A stretch of DNA of 62,209 nt, the filler included. It is 4 parts of 4 records of this genome, joined end to end, with 100 filler letters (N's around TTAATTAATTAA, not from the genome) between each part and the next. Parts side by side here need not be neighbours in the genome. Positions count along the whole stretch, not along the records: positions 1 to 9,456 come from DRR378314_2067; 3 more parts are not named here. One strand, written 5' to 3'. The notes under the pieces are model-generated. The model ran no database searches, was not told the DNA's origin, and was given only the letters and a program-made list of their open reading frames with translations. Below are positions 1 to 9,556 of this stretch, piece by piece. Position 1 is the stretch's first letter, and every line of letters begins with the position of its first letter. A program made the position numbers and the translations under genes.

Positions 1-1
1 A

Positions 2-157
2 TCCACCGAAGGCGCGCGCAGCTGGGCGGATCTGCCGGCGGAGGCGATCAAATATGTGCGCCGCGTGGAAGAGTTGATTGATTGCCCGGTTGCGCTACTT
101 TCCACTTCACCGGAGCGCGAAGACACCATTCTGGTGACAGACCCGTTTTCGGATTGA
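2..157 (+). CDS. purA: Adenylosuccinate synthetase, 3' fragment (5'-truncated by the window edge)
   Basis: Frame 2 translates to [51 protein letters not shown], the typical PurA C-terminus (LP..A..Y...IEE...STSPER..T). Not in the ORF track. Confidence 0.92.
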   Translation, partial: STEGARSWADLPAEAIKYVRRVEELIDCPVALLSTSPEREDTILVTDPFSD

Positions 158-170
158 TCGGAGGCCCCCC

Positions 171-392
171 GTGGCACTGAGTTACAAAGCACGCAGACGT
201 TGGTCACTGGTGATCCTGCTGGTGGCCATGCCGCTTTATGTGGTGGTCGCGGTCAATATCGTGGCGCTGTTCGAGCGGCCCTCGATCCTGATTGAGCTGC
301 TTGTCTATGTGGGGCTTGGCGTTGCTTGGGTGCTGCCGCTTAAGAGCATTTTCAAAGGGGTGGGGCAGGCCGATCCCGAAGCCGAAGAATGA
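171..392 (+). CDS. DUF2842 family small membrane protein
   Basis: 73 aa, two hydrophobic helices, Y..LG..W.LP motif, GGAGG SD before the GTG start, directly after purA. Confidence 0.8.
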   Translation: MALSYKARRRWSLVILLVAMPLYVVVAVNIVALFERPSILIELLVYVGLGVAWVLPLKSIFKGVGQADPEAEE

Positions 393-748
393 AGCCTCCC
401 ATCCCGATACTGCGCAGCTTCGATGAAGCTGTAACCCGGGAATTCTATGTTGATTTTCTTGGATTTTCCGTGGAATTCGAGCATCGTTTCGCGCCGGGTA
501 CACCGCTTTACATGGGCGTTGCGAAAGGGACTTGTGTCTTGCACGTGTCGGAGCATTTCGGTGATGCCGCACCGGGTGCATCGTTACGCATCGAAGTCGA
601 AGACCTGCGGGCCTATGCCAGAGAATTGAACGGCAAAGCCTATAAAAACGCGCGCCCGGGCATTCAGGAGCAGCCTTGGGGAGAAGATATGTCGATTTCC
701 GATCCAAACGGGAACCGGTTGATTTTTCATTCACCGCGAAAAGACTGA
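389..748 (+). CDS. Glyoxalase/bleomycin-resistance (VOC) superfamily protein
   Basis: PILRSFDE..REFY..FLGF..EFEHRF, LHVSEHFGD, PWG and DPNGNRLIF motifs; ATGA overlap with the upstream stop. Confidence 0.88.
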   Translation: MKPPIPILRSFDEAVTREFYVDFLGFSVEFEHRFAPGTPLYMGVAKGTCVLHVSEHFGDAAPGASLRIEVEDLRAYARELNGKAYKNARPGIQEQPWGEDMSISDPNGNRLIFHSPRKD

Positions 749-776
749 CCTGATCTTTCAGGCCCCCGCGCCAACG

Positions 777-809
777 AAAAAAAGGGGTCACTCCTGACGG
801 AGTGACCCC
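777..809 (-). terminator. Rho-independent terminator of the 838-3129 gene
   Basis: 11-bp perfect stem GGGGTCACTCC / GGAGTGACCCC with a 4-nt loop, followed by T7 on the minus strand. Confidence 0.85.
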
Positions 810-837
810 AGTACTCGTTACACAACGTTGACTTGTG

Positions 838-3129
838 TTATCCGGCGGCCCGCTCATCCGGGCGATAGCCGATATCATCGGAAACCGTAAACCGGCCGCC
901 TTTGATTTTCTCGATCTTGCCAGCCCGCAGCAGTTGACCGAAAGAACGCAAGCCCTCTTCGCGGCTGAAGCCTTCGGGAACGCCGGCCTGACGTACCTTT
1001 GTCATCAATTGCGGGCGCGAGAACTGATCGCGGCCTTCGACAAAGGACATATAGGCGGCTGCCGCTTCCAGAAGCTGAGGCAGGGTCGATGCCCCCATCT
1101 CTGCGGCAAAATCGGTAAAGCTTTCGCCGTCCGCGGCTGGCAGTACCTCTTCGGCGGCTGCGGCAATGCGGCGGGGGCGCACGGGGCCTGCGTTCGCAGC
1201 GGGTTTTTGAACATCGATACGCTGTTCGGCCACCAGTTTCAGCGGTGCCGGACGGGATTCGCCGGGGCGTTCGGTGCGTGCTGTGGTGCTGGTCGGGCGG
1301 CGCGGACGCACCACTTCCGCCAGATCCTCGCGGTAAGCACCGTCACCTTCCGCATCCTGACCTTTGCCACCCATGGCCACATCGGCCTTTTTGGCGGCGA
1401 CGGCGGCACGCAGATGGGCAAAGGCATCGCGGCGGGTCGCGCTGCCGGGCTCGTCCATTTGATGATCGGTTTCGGCCAGCAGGCGGTTCACATCTGTTTC
1501 AGTGGTTTCATCGATTGCAGGCAGGGAGTGGCGTGCGGCCTCTGAACGGCGCAGCGGTGCCTCAGCGGGCGTATCCTCTTGGTCAGAAACGTTATTTTCC
1601 TGCTCCAACTCGGCCAGCTCGCGGGCCAGTTCGGCGGCGTCCTCTTCGGAGAGGGTGCTTTCTTTCTTGCCGCGCGAGGGGGCAAGGTCGTCAAGTTTCG
1701 GAGTCGCCGGGGCTTTTGCCTCTTCCGTCGGGGTTTCCTCCGCGTCATCGCCGTATTCTTCAAGGTCACCCTTATCAATTGCGGCTTCAAGATCGGCGCG
1801 TTTGACCTTGATCACCCGAGCACGGGGGGCCGGTTTGACGGCTTCTGCCGCTTCGCCTGTCTCGTTTTCATCCGCGGCAGTTGCCGGATTCGCCTGTGGC
1901 TCGGAACCCTCAGCCGGTGCCGCTGTCGCGGGTGTCTCCGCGCGCAACCCTGCTTCGCTGTCGAACAGATTGCTGACGGTATCTTCTACACTTGCCTCTT
2001 CGGATGTGTCTTCCACATCGGCCAAAGACAGATCCTCAAGAGGTTCGGAAACTTTCGCTGTGACATCTGCCGCTTTGACACCTGCGGTGTTCTTCAACCG
2101 GCTAAGGATCGCGCTGACGTCGTCCTCTTCAGACGCATCCTCAGCGGTGGCTGTTTCTGCCTCTGCAATGATCGCATCATCGGCGTCCAGCGCCTCTTCG
2201 ATGTCGGCGCGGGCATCTGCGATTACATCATCCGCCGAGGGGCCATTGGCGGGTTCCGCCTCTGCATGTTCGTCCTCAAGGTAGTCATCTTCTTCATCGT
2301 CTTCCTCATGCTGCGCAACAACCGCGCGAATGCGCTGCAGTTTGGCGGCGATGCTGTCCGGGGCCGGGGCCTTTGCCGGGGCAATGTCTTCTGCTTTGAC
2401 CGCAGTGATCTGCGGCGCGGCGGGGGCGTTGTCGGCTTCGATTTCATCCTCTTCCATCTGCAGATGCGCGGCCTTGCTGCTCTCAGCAAAGAAGGCCTCG
2501 ACCTCGGAGTCGGGCTGACCGGGGACGATATCATTTTCGTCTTCGATGAATTCCGGCTCTGCGGCGGCGCTTGCTTCTGCGACAACTGCTGCGTTGTCCT
2601 CTTCGGCCTGCGGCGCATCCGCGTCGGCTTCCGACGTGTCGTCTGGCGCCGCCAATGTTTCGGCAACGGTGGTGGGGGCGAGCGGCGCAGGTTCCTCAAC
2701 GGTGACGGCCTGAGGAGCTTCCGGTTCTGGCATCACCACATCGGAGGCGGCTGTGCTCACCTCAACAGCGGGGGTTTTCGCCGGGGTCGCGGCCACGGGT
2801 TCAACCTCGGCGGGTGCGTTGGACGGCTCGGATGTGATCGCGGCGGCAGCAAGCGGGGCAGCGGTGGCTTGATCTTCGATGGCGCTGAGGACAATTTTGC
2901 CATCTTGCTCACGGGCCTGAACCCGGCGCGACACTTCTTTCTGTGCGATGCGTGCCAGCATATCAGCGTCGGGCTGTGGCGGCTCTGCACCGAAATACCG
3001 GTCATCGGCGGCAAGATCTCTAAAATACTCTGCAATAGCCTTCATCGTGCCGAAGGAATCGTCAAATCCCTCCAGCGTGCACGAAAATGTGCCATAGGAG
3101 ACCGTAAGAATTTTGTTATTATTCATCAT
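838..3129 (-). CDS. Large acidic, mostly disordered hypothetical protein with folded N- and C-terminal domains
   Basis: 763-aa ORF with AGAGGA SD and a terminator; N-terminal KILTVSYGTFSCTLEGFDD..AIAEYFRDLAADDRYFGAEPP, central E/D/A/P-rich tract, C-terminal FSRPQLM..LRSFGQLLRAGKI. Confidence 0.85.
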   Translation of the reverse strand: MMNNNKILTVSYGTFSCTLEGFDDSFGTMKAIAEYFRDLAADDRYFGAEPPQPDADMLARIAQKEVSRRVQAREQDGKIVLSAIEDQATAAPLAAAAITSEPSNAPAEVEPVAATPAKTPAVEVSTAASDVVMPEPEAPQAVTVEEPAPLAPTTVAETLAAPDDTSEADADAPQAEEDNAAVVAEASAAAEPEFIEDENDIVPGQPDSEVEAFFAESSKAAHLQMEEDEIEADNAPAAPQITAVKAEDIAPAKAPAPDSIAAKLQRIRAVVAQHEEDDEEDDYLEDEHAEAEPANGPSADDVIADARADIEEALDADDAIIAEAETATAEDASEEDDVSAILSRLKNTAGVKAADVTAKVSEPLEDLSLADVEDTSEEASVEDTVSNLFDSEAGLRAETPATAAPAEGSEPQANPATAADENETGEAAEAVKPAPRARVIKVKRADLEAAIDKGDLEEYGDDAEETPTEEAKAPATPKLDDLAPSRGKKESTLSEEDAAELARELAELEQENNVSDQEDTPAEAPLRRSEAARHSLPAIDETTETDVNRLLAETDHQMDEPGSATRRDAFAHLRAAVAAKKADVAMGGKGQDAEGDGAYREDLAEVVRPRRPTSTTARTERPGESRPAPLKLVAEQRIDVQKPAANAGPVRPRRIAAAAEEVLPAADGESFTDFAAEMGASTLPQLLEAAAAYMSFVEGRDQFSRPQLMTKVRQAGVPEGFSREEGLRSFGQLLRAGKIEKIKGGRFTVSDDIGYRPDERAAG

Positions 3130-3261
3130 CGGATGCTCGTCCTCTGCGGTTTTCTAATTTACCGTTTACCACGATATCCAAGACCAAAGCGGCCCGAATC
3201 TGTGCCCTGCACCGTATCATTTCGTGGCGAGAATGTGATGAGTTTCCGAAAAGGCGGGTAA

Positions 3262-3960
3262 TTGCCAAGTTTTGACCCCATTGTTCACAGTTCTAACCCC
3301 GTTACCTTGGTTGGTGGGGGGGAGGCTACGACGCAGGACCTAGCAGAAGCGTTAACGCTGGCCCCTGTTTGTGTCGCTGTGGATGGCGGCGCGGCATTGG
3401 CCCTGCAGGCGGGGGCAGAGCTGGCGGCGGTGATTGGCGACTTTGATTCCCTGAGACAGGAAGATCTGGCGCGCATCCCTTCGGATCGGTGCCACCGCAT
3501 CGCGGAGCAAGACAGCACCGATTTCGAGAAAGCACTAAGCCGGGTTGCGGCACCGGTTGTTATCGGGGTCGGGTTTCTGGGGGGACGGGTGGATCACCAG
3601 CTGGCCGCCTTCCACACGCTTGCCGCCTGTCGCGCGCAGCCTTGTGTTTTGTTGGGGCAAGATGAGGTGGTGTGTCTGGCCCCCCCCAAGGTGTGCTTGC
3701 CGACACAGGCGGGTGACACCGTTTCCCTGTTTCCGCTTGGGCCGGTAGCGGGGCGCAGTGCGGGGTTGGAATGGCCCATTCAGGGGTTGGAGTTTGGCCC
3801 TTTGACGCGCATCGGAACTTCAAACCGGGCCAAGGGGCCGATGATTCTGGAGATGCAGACCCCGGCGATGCTGCTGATCTTGCCGCGCCGACTTATGCCG
3901 GCGCTTGTATCAGCTCTTGCGCAGCCAGAGTGCGCGCGATGGAACGCTCGCGTAGAATAA
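3262..3960 (+). CDS. thiN: Thiamine diphosphokinase
   Basis: AVDGGA, IGDFDS, QDSTDFEKAL, GFLGGRVDH and GLEWP..GTSN motifs; TTG start. Confidence 0.9.
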   Translation: MPSFDPIVHSSNPVTLVGGGEATTQDLAEALTLAPVCVAVDGGAALALQAGAELAAVIGDFDSLRQEDLARIPSDRCHRIAEQDSTDFEKALSRVAAPVVIGVGFLGGRVDHQLAAFHTLAACRAQPCVLLGQDEVVCLAPPKVCLPTQAGDTVSLFPLGPVAGRSAGLEWPIQGLEFGPLTRIGTSNRAKGPMILEMQTPAMLLILPRRLMPALVSALAQPECARWNARVE

Positions 3961-4819
3961 CGTAAAGCCCCGCGATGATGGTGATCGCAATCCCGACACA
4001 GGCCAGCAGATTGGGAAATTCACCAAAGATCAACAGGCCAAGCAATGTCGCAAAGGGAATTTCCAGATATTGCATGGGCGCAAGTGTCGCGGACGGGGCA
4101 AAGCGCAGGGACCACGTCATCAACAAATGCGCAATGGTGCCCAAAACCCCCAACCCTAGAAGCAAATTCCACTGTCTTATGGTTGGGCTGGTAATTTCAA
4201 GTGCGGGGATTTCCCAAAGGCTGCCCAGGGCCAGAAAGGGGATCATGATCACGATTGCCATCACGCCGCTGACAGCCTGAAGGCTGATCGGGTCGGTCTT
4301 TTTTGCGATTTGGCGGGTGATCAGCATGAAGACTGCGAAATTCGCCGCAACTGCGACCGGCAGCAAGGCGGGCCAACCGACGGTGACGAAACTGGGCTGG
4401 ACAACGAACAGCGTACCGATAAATCCGACCAGACAGGCGATCATCCTCCGCGCGCCAACTTCCTCTTTCAGAACAAATCTGCCAAGGATCAGCATGAAGA
4501 AGGGCATGACAAATGCGATGGCAACCGCATCTGCCAGAGGCAGATAGGTAAGTGCAGTGAACATGGTCGCAATGCCCGTGATGTGCAGGACTGTCCGGGC
4601 CAGCACCAGCCAGAAAACCTGTCCCTGAACGCGCCAGACGCGACCGGAAACCCAAACCAAGGGAAGTAGAATGGCGACCTGCAATGCAAAACGGATCATC
4701 ACAACCTGCCCAAGCGGGACAGATGTACCAAGGGTTTTTGCAATCGCATCAGCCAAAGGCGCAAGCAGGCAAAACCCGAGCATTAAGGAGATGCCGATGA
4801 TGGGCCGGTCTTGGATCAT
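3893..4819 (-). CDS. DMT/EamA family transporter
   Basis: About 10 TM helices, LPLADAVAIAF and APSATLAPMQY motifs; start re-called at the ATG of MIQDRP (4819); 3' end overlaps convergent thiN by 68 nt. Confidence 0.88.
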   Translation of the reverse strand: MIQDRPIIGISLMLGFCLLAPLADAIAKTLGTSVPLGQVVMIRFALQVAILLPLVWVSGRVWRVQGQVFWLVLARTVLHITGIATMFTALTYLPLADAVAIAFVMPFFMLILGRFVLKEEVGARRMIACLVGFIGTLFVVQPSFVTVGWPALLPVAVAANFAVFMLITRQIAKKTDPISLQAVSGVMAIVIMIPFLALGSLWEIPALEITSPTIRQWNLLLGLGVLGTIAHLLMTWSLRFAPSATLAPMQYLEIPFATLLGLLIFGEFPNLLACVGIAITIIAGLYVILRERSIARTLAAQELIQAPA

Positions 4820-5193
4820 GAAAGAAGCGTAGATAAATCGCCTCACGCTTGCAACCTTTGGTTGATATCGGCTGGAAACGCAAGAATTTAACGTCGTGCA
4901 GAGCGCAGGGCAGCAGAAGGAAACACATCTATCTATATGTTCGTGTTTGTTTTTTGTCGACGAATGCTCTCCCAGCGTGGCGGCAGGTCCTTGCCAAAGC
5001 ATGTGTTTTTGTCGTTCTGGTGTCTTGGTCAGCATTGCGACGATAGGGAAAAGAGCGGTCTGATGATTCCAAGAACCGGGTTCAGGGTGCCAGGTCCCCT
5101 GAATCGCGTGGTGATGCGCTACAAGGGAGCATTTCTGCGTGTAGGTAGAAAAGGTTACTGGAGAGACTTGGGACTGGCAGGTGATCTTGCGGT

Positions 5194-6597
5194 TCAGGCT
5201 GCTGGACGGCCCAGATTGACCTGATTTCGGCCCCGGCCTTTGGCGGCATAAAGCGCACTGTCCGCTTCCTCCAGAAGGCTTAGACCGTTTTCCTGCTGAA
5301 CTTCCTCGGGGCGGGAACGGCTGCCGCCAATGGCCATACCGATGCTGACGGTCACAGAGATTGCGGCGGCACTGCCCGGTACAACAAACGGTTTGGCCGA
5401 GATATCACCGCAAATGCGCAGGGCGGCCTTCTGCGATTCTGCCAAATCGGTGGCCGGCATGATCATCAGAAATTCCTCCCCGCCTATCCGCGCAACCATA
5501 TCGGAACTGCGTAACGAACCGCGCAGCCGATTGGCCACTTCGACCAGCACCGCATCGCCGGAACTATGTCCGTAGGCATCGTTAATCTGTTTGAAATGGT
5601 CCAGATCCGCCACCATGACGGCAAAAGTCCGGCCTGTCTTGCGCGCGTGATCAGAAATACGTTCAAGGTGGGGCATGGCGTAGCGGCGGTTGTAAAGCCC
5701 GGTCAGGGGATCAAACACCGCTGCTTGTAGTCCGGTGCGCACACTGGCACGCAATTGTTCGCCCATCCGTTTGCGGCGCATCACCGCCTTGATCCGCAGC
5801 GCCAATTCGGCAGCGTCAAAGCCATAGGTCATCAAATCATCCGCACCCAGATCAAGCGCATGCGCCCCCAATCCGGCGTCCGGTGCGGTTTGCAGCACGA
5901 TAACGCCTGTGTGGTGGGCACTTGCATTGGCCCGCAGAGTCGAGATCAGGCGCAGGTCCTCCATCGCTGCGTTGCAATCTTTCGGCAGGACCAACACAAA
6001 TACATCTGGCAGGGCGTCAATGGTGATCTCCCGCATCAATGTGGCCGTACTGGACAGGACCAGTTTGGCGCGCAAGACAGGGCGCAGGTGCGCAGCGAAC
6101 TTCTGTAATTGCGGGGTGTCCGAACCCACCAGAACACAGCGGCATTGTTCCTCAAATTCCACTTCGGGTTCCGCCAGTCCAAGGGCGCGGCAGGTGTCCT
6201 CGCGCATGCGCCATTCGGCGGTGGTGTTATGGGCGCGGATCAGGCTGCGCACACGCCCCAACAGCAGCGTTTCATCAACCGGTTGCGACAGAACATCATG
6301 CACACCGGCCTCCAGCGCGGTCATGCGCTCGGCGGCGTCTTCCTGCTGGCCAATGGCGATGACCGGAATATGGTCGGTTGATACATGGGTCGCCAGCGCG
6401 CGTCGCAGGGCGGCGGCCCCACCGTCGGGCAGCGCAAATGCACAAATCACCAGATCAGGCAGATCCGAGCGCACAGCCTTGACTGCCTCGACCATGCCTG
6501 TGGCATAGCTAACGTCATAAAAGGCTTTTCTCAGTTTGACCTTAAGAACGATCCGGTTAGTCGCAATCGCATCGACAATGAGGATTTTACCCTGCAC
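5194..6597 (-). CDS. PleD-like diguanylate cyclase (REC-REC-GGDEF) with a degenerate first receiver domain
   Basis: DPLTGLYNRR, DLDHFKQIND.YGH..GD, RSSD I-site and GGEEF; start re-called at the GTG of VQGKILIVD after GGGAAGG. Confidence 0.9.
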   Translation of the reverse strand: MQGKILIVDAIATNRIVLKVKLRKAFYDVSYATGMVEAVKAVRSDLPDLVICAFALPDGGAAALRRALATHVSTDHIPVIAIGQQEDAAERMTALEAGVHDVLSQPVDETLLLGRVRSLIRAHNTTAEWRMREDTCRALGLAEPEVEFEEQCRCVLVGSDTPQLQKFAAHLRPVLRAKLVLSSTATLMREITIDALPDVFVLVLPKDCNAAMEDLRLISTLRANASAHHTGVIVLQTAPDAGLGAHALDLGADDLMTYGFDAAELALRIKAVMRRKRMGEQLRASVRTGLQAAVFDPLTGLYNRRYAMPHLERISDHARKTGRTFAVMVADLDHFKQINDAYGHSSGDAVLVEVANRLRGSLRSSDMVARIGGEEFLMIMPATDLAESQKAALRICGDISAKPFVVPGSAAAISVTVSIGMAIGGSRSRPEEVQQENGLSLLEEADSALYAAKGRGRNQVNLGRPAA

Positions 6598-6699
6598 GCA
6601 TATCGCCTTCCCTCGTAAAAAGAGTTTCACATTTCATGGCGCAGTCTTTGCGGCTATTGGTTAACAAAGCGTTTCCATAAGTCTTAAAAACGGAATGAC

Positions 6700-6987
6700 A
6701 TGATGCAAAAAGCGCAAGACTCCGCCGAAACCCTTGCCCTCCAGGTATTGGGCTGGCTGGTGGGGGATGAAGACCTGATGCCGGTGTTTCAGGGCAGCAC
6801 AGGGGTGTCAGAGGCAGACATCCGCGCCCGTGCGGATGATCCCTTGTTCCTTGGGGCGGTGCTGGATTTTCTGATGATGGATGATGCTTGGGTGATCCGG
6901 TTTTGTGACGCACATACAATACCTTACGAGAGAATTATGCAGGCACGTGCGGCATTGCCGGGCGGGGAACAGGTGAATTGGACATGA
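6700..6987 (+). CDS. DUF3572 family protein
   Basis: AETLALQVLGWL..F..STG..FLGAVLDFLMMDD pattern; divergent from the PleD-like gene. Confidence 0.85.
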   Translation: MMQKAQDSAETLALQVLGWLVGDEDLMPVFQGSTGVSEADIRARADDPLFLGAVLDFLMMDDAWVIRFCDAHTIPYERIMQARAALPGGEQVNWT

Positions 6988-7712
6988 CAAGAACTACAGC
7001 GGCAAACATCACCGGGATCGTGTTTGACAAAGACGGCACATTATTTGATTTCGCGGCCACTTGGGCAGCATGGGCAAGTGCATTTTTGATGCGGCTTTCG
7101 AACGGGGATGCGGTCAAGGCGGCCGAGATCGGCGAAGTCATCGGATTTGACATGCAGCAAAAGACTTTCGCCCCAACCAGTCTGGTCATCGCCAGCACCG
7201 CAGGCGAAGTAGGCGCGGCCCTGCATCCCTTCTGTCCGCATCTGACGATTGAAGAACTGATGACCGAATTGAACGATGAGGCGGAACTGACCCCACAAGC
7301 GCAAGCCGCGCCGCTGGAACCCTTGTTGCGCGGCTTTCGTGCGCGCGGTCTGCGTCTTGGCGTGGCGACCAACGATGCAGAAAAGCCGGCGCGGGCCCAT
7401 CTGGCACAGGCAGGCATCGGTGATTTGTTTGATTTCATTGCAGGTTATGATTCGGGACATGGCGGTAAACCGGCACCGGGACAGCTTTTGGCCTTTGCTG
7501 CGGAATGCGGGCTTGATCCGGCGCAGGTACTGATGGTGGGGGACAGCACCCATGATCTGCACGCGGGACGGGCGGCAGGGATGATACCGGTTGGCGTGCT
7601 GACGGGGCTTGCCTCGCACGCGGATCTGGCACCTTTTGCTGATGTTGTCTTGCCCGATGTCGGTCATCTGCCTCAATGGCTTGATCGCAACGCGCTTCCC
7701 GGTAGCGTATGA
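6984..7712 (+). CDS. HAD family hydrolase (phosphoglycolate phosphatase-like)
   Basis: Motif I FDKDGTL, motif II ATND, KP.P and MVGDS.HD; ATGA overlap with the DUF3572 stop. Confidence 0.9.
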   Translation: MTRTTAANITGIVFDKDGTLFDFAATWAAWASAFLMRLSNGDAVKAAEIGEVIGFDMQQKTFAPTSLVIASTAGEVGAALHPFCPHLTIEELMTELNDEAELTPQAQAAPLEPLLRGFRARGLRLGVATNDAEKPARAHLAQAGIGDLFDFIAGYDSGHGGKPAPGQLLAFAAECGLDPAQVLMVGDSTHDLHAGRAAGMIPVGVLTGLASHADLAPFADVVLPDVGHLPQWLDRNALPGSV

Positions 7713-7807
7713 GGGGCGGCGCTCAAAAACGACAGATATCGTCGCGAACGGAAAGGCCGCGGCTGCGGCCTTAAGGCCTTCTGAGATCAGTTTCAGGAGG
7801 ACGCGAT

Positions 7808-9370
7808 ATGACCGATGGACCCAGCAAACGCAGGACCAGGGGCGGCGGACGGGCCGGGGCCAAGGACCGGCGCGGCACCTCTGTTATCGAGCAAATGCCA
7901 TGGAGCCCGCCGATCAACATCGACCGGCCTGTCGAACCATTGGGCCCGGAAGGTGTTGCCGCGATCCACGACGGCGCGATGCGGATTCTGGAAGAGATCG
8001 GCATCGAGTTCCTGAACGCCGAGGCGCTAGAGATCTTGCGCAAGGCGGGATGCACCATCAATGGCGAAAACGTCCGCATGGGGCGCGACTTTGTCATGGA
8101 GTGGATTGGCAAGGCTCCGTCCGAATTCACCCTGACCCCGCGCAACCCGGAGCGCAAAATCACCGTTGGGGGTAAGAACCTGTTGTTTGGCAATGTGTCT
8201 TCGCCGCCGAACTATTGGGATATGGCGATTGGCAGAAAGGTGGCGGGCACCCGTGATCAATGCCGGGATCTGCTGAAACTGACGCAATATTTCAACTGTA
8301 TCCATTTTGCCGGTGGGTATCCGGTGGAACCCTGCGACTTCCATGCCTCCGTACGCCATCTGGATGTGCTCTATGATAAGCTGACCCTGACCGACAAGGT
8401 GATGCACGCCTATTCGCTGGGCGCGGAACGGGTCGAGGATGTGATGGAGATGGTGCGCATTGCCGGTGGGTTGACCCATGAGGAATTCGACGCCACGCCG
8501 CATATGTACACCAACATCAACTCCACCTCGCCGTTGAAACATGATTTTCCGATGATGGATGGCTGGATGCGGATGGCGCGGCGCGGGCAGGGGCTGGTGG
8601 TGACACCCTTTACCCTGGCCGGGGCGATGGCTCCGGTCACCATGTCGGGTGCTGTGGCGCAATCGCTGGCAGAGGCGCTCTGCGCGGTGGTGCTGGCGCA
8701 GATCATCCGCCCCGGCTGTCCAGTGGCGATTGGCACCTTTACCTCTAACGTTGATATGAAATCCGGTGCACCGGCCTTTGGCACGCCGGAATATATGCGG
8801 GCCACGCAAATGACCGGTCAGATGGCGCGGTTCTATGACCTGCCGCTGCGCTCGTCGGGGGTATGTGCGGCGAATGTGCCGGACGGGCAGGCAATGTGGG
8901 AAACCTCGAATTCGCTATGGGCGGCGGTGCAATCGGGGACCAATATGGTCTATCACGCGGCGGGCTGGCTGGAGGGCGGGCTGATCGCAAGCCCTGAAAA
9001 GTTCATCATGGATTGCGAAGTGCTGCAACAGATCCAGCGCTATATGCAGCCGGAGATTTGCGCAACGGGACCGGATGAAATTGCACTGGACGCGATCAAA
9101 TCGGTCGGCAATCAGGGCCATTTCTTTGGTATCCAGCACACCCAAGACCGCTACACCACAGCGTTTTATCAGCCTTTCCTGTCGGATTGGCGCAATTATG
9201 AGGGCTGGGAAGTGGCGGGCGGGGTCTGGACGGCAGAACGGGCGCATCACATGTTCAAGGAGATTGTCACCAGTTTTGAGGCACCGGAAATGGATATTGC
9301 GATCCGTGATGAGCTGGCTGATTTTGTGGCGCGGCGTAAATCCGAAGGTGGCGCACCGACTGATTTCTGA
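7808..9370 (+). CDS. Trimethylamine methyltransferase (MttB) family protein, non-pyrrolysine
   Basis: INSTSPL, TPFTLAGAMAPVT, VDMKSGAPAFGTPE and HAAGWLEGGL motifs; no in-frame TAG; AGGAGG SD. Confidence 0.92.
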   Translation: MTDGPSKRRTRGGGRAGAKDRRGTSVIEQMPWSPPINIDRPVEPLGPEGVAAIHDGAMRILEEIGIEFLNAEALEILRKAGCTINGENVRMGRDFVMEWIGKAPSEFTLTPRNPERKITVGGKNLLFGNVSSPPNYWDMAIGRKVAGTRDQCRDLLKLTQYFNCIHFAGGYPVEPCDFHASVRHLDVLYDKLTLTDKVMHAYSLGAERVEDVMEMVRIAGGLTHEEFDATPHMYTNINSTSPLKHDFPMMDGWMRMARRGQGLVVTPFTLAGAMAPVTMSGAVAQSLAEALCAVVLAQIIRPGCPVAIGTFTSNVDMKSGAPAFGTPEYMRATQMTGQMARFYDLPLRSSGVCAANVPDGQAMWETSNSLWAAVQSGTNMVYHAAGWLEGGLIASPEKFIMDCEVLQQIQRYMQPEICATGPDEIALDAIKSVGNQGHFFGIQHTQDRYTTAFYQPFLSDWRNYEGWEVAGGVWTAERAHHMFKEIVTSFEAPEMDIAIRDELADFVARRKSEGGAPTDF

Positions 9371-9456
9371 TCCATGGCTGTACATATCTATACCGGCCGG
9401 GAAATCCCTAAAATCAGCTATATTGGCTAATTGTTAACTCCGCTTGGTCTAGAACT

Positions 9457-9556
9457 NNNNNNNNNNNNNNNNNNNNNNNNNNNNNNNNNNNNNNNNNNNN
9501 TTAATTAATTAANNNNNNNNNNNNNNNNNNNNNNNNNNNNNNNNNNNNNNNNNNNN
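9457..9556. other. Artificial contig spacer
   Basis: 44 N + TTAATTAATTAA (stops in all six frames) + 44 N. Confidence 0.98.

Noticed and set aside
835-3261. Long plus-strand ORFs 835-1545, 1502-2284 and 1579-3261
   Set aside because: Antisense shadows of the 763-aa gene in GC-rich DNA, with no recognisable motifs.
4820-5193. Intergenic ORFs 4849-5046 and 4937-5224, and a TTCAGGG/CCCTGAA hairpin
   Set aside because: No family motifs or recognisable RNA signature; the 72-aa N-terminal extension of the DMT ORF is also unsupported.
7808-9370. Pyrrolysine read-through in the MttB homologue
   Set aside because: No in-frame TAG; Thr occupies the equivalent position.
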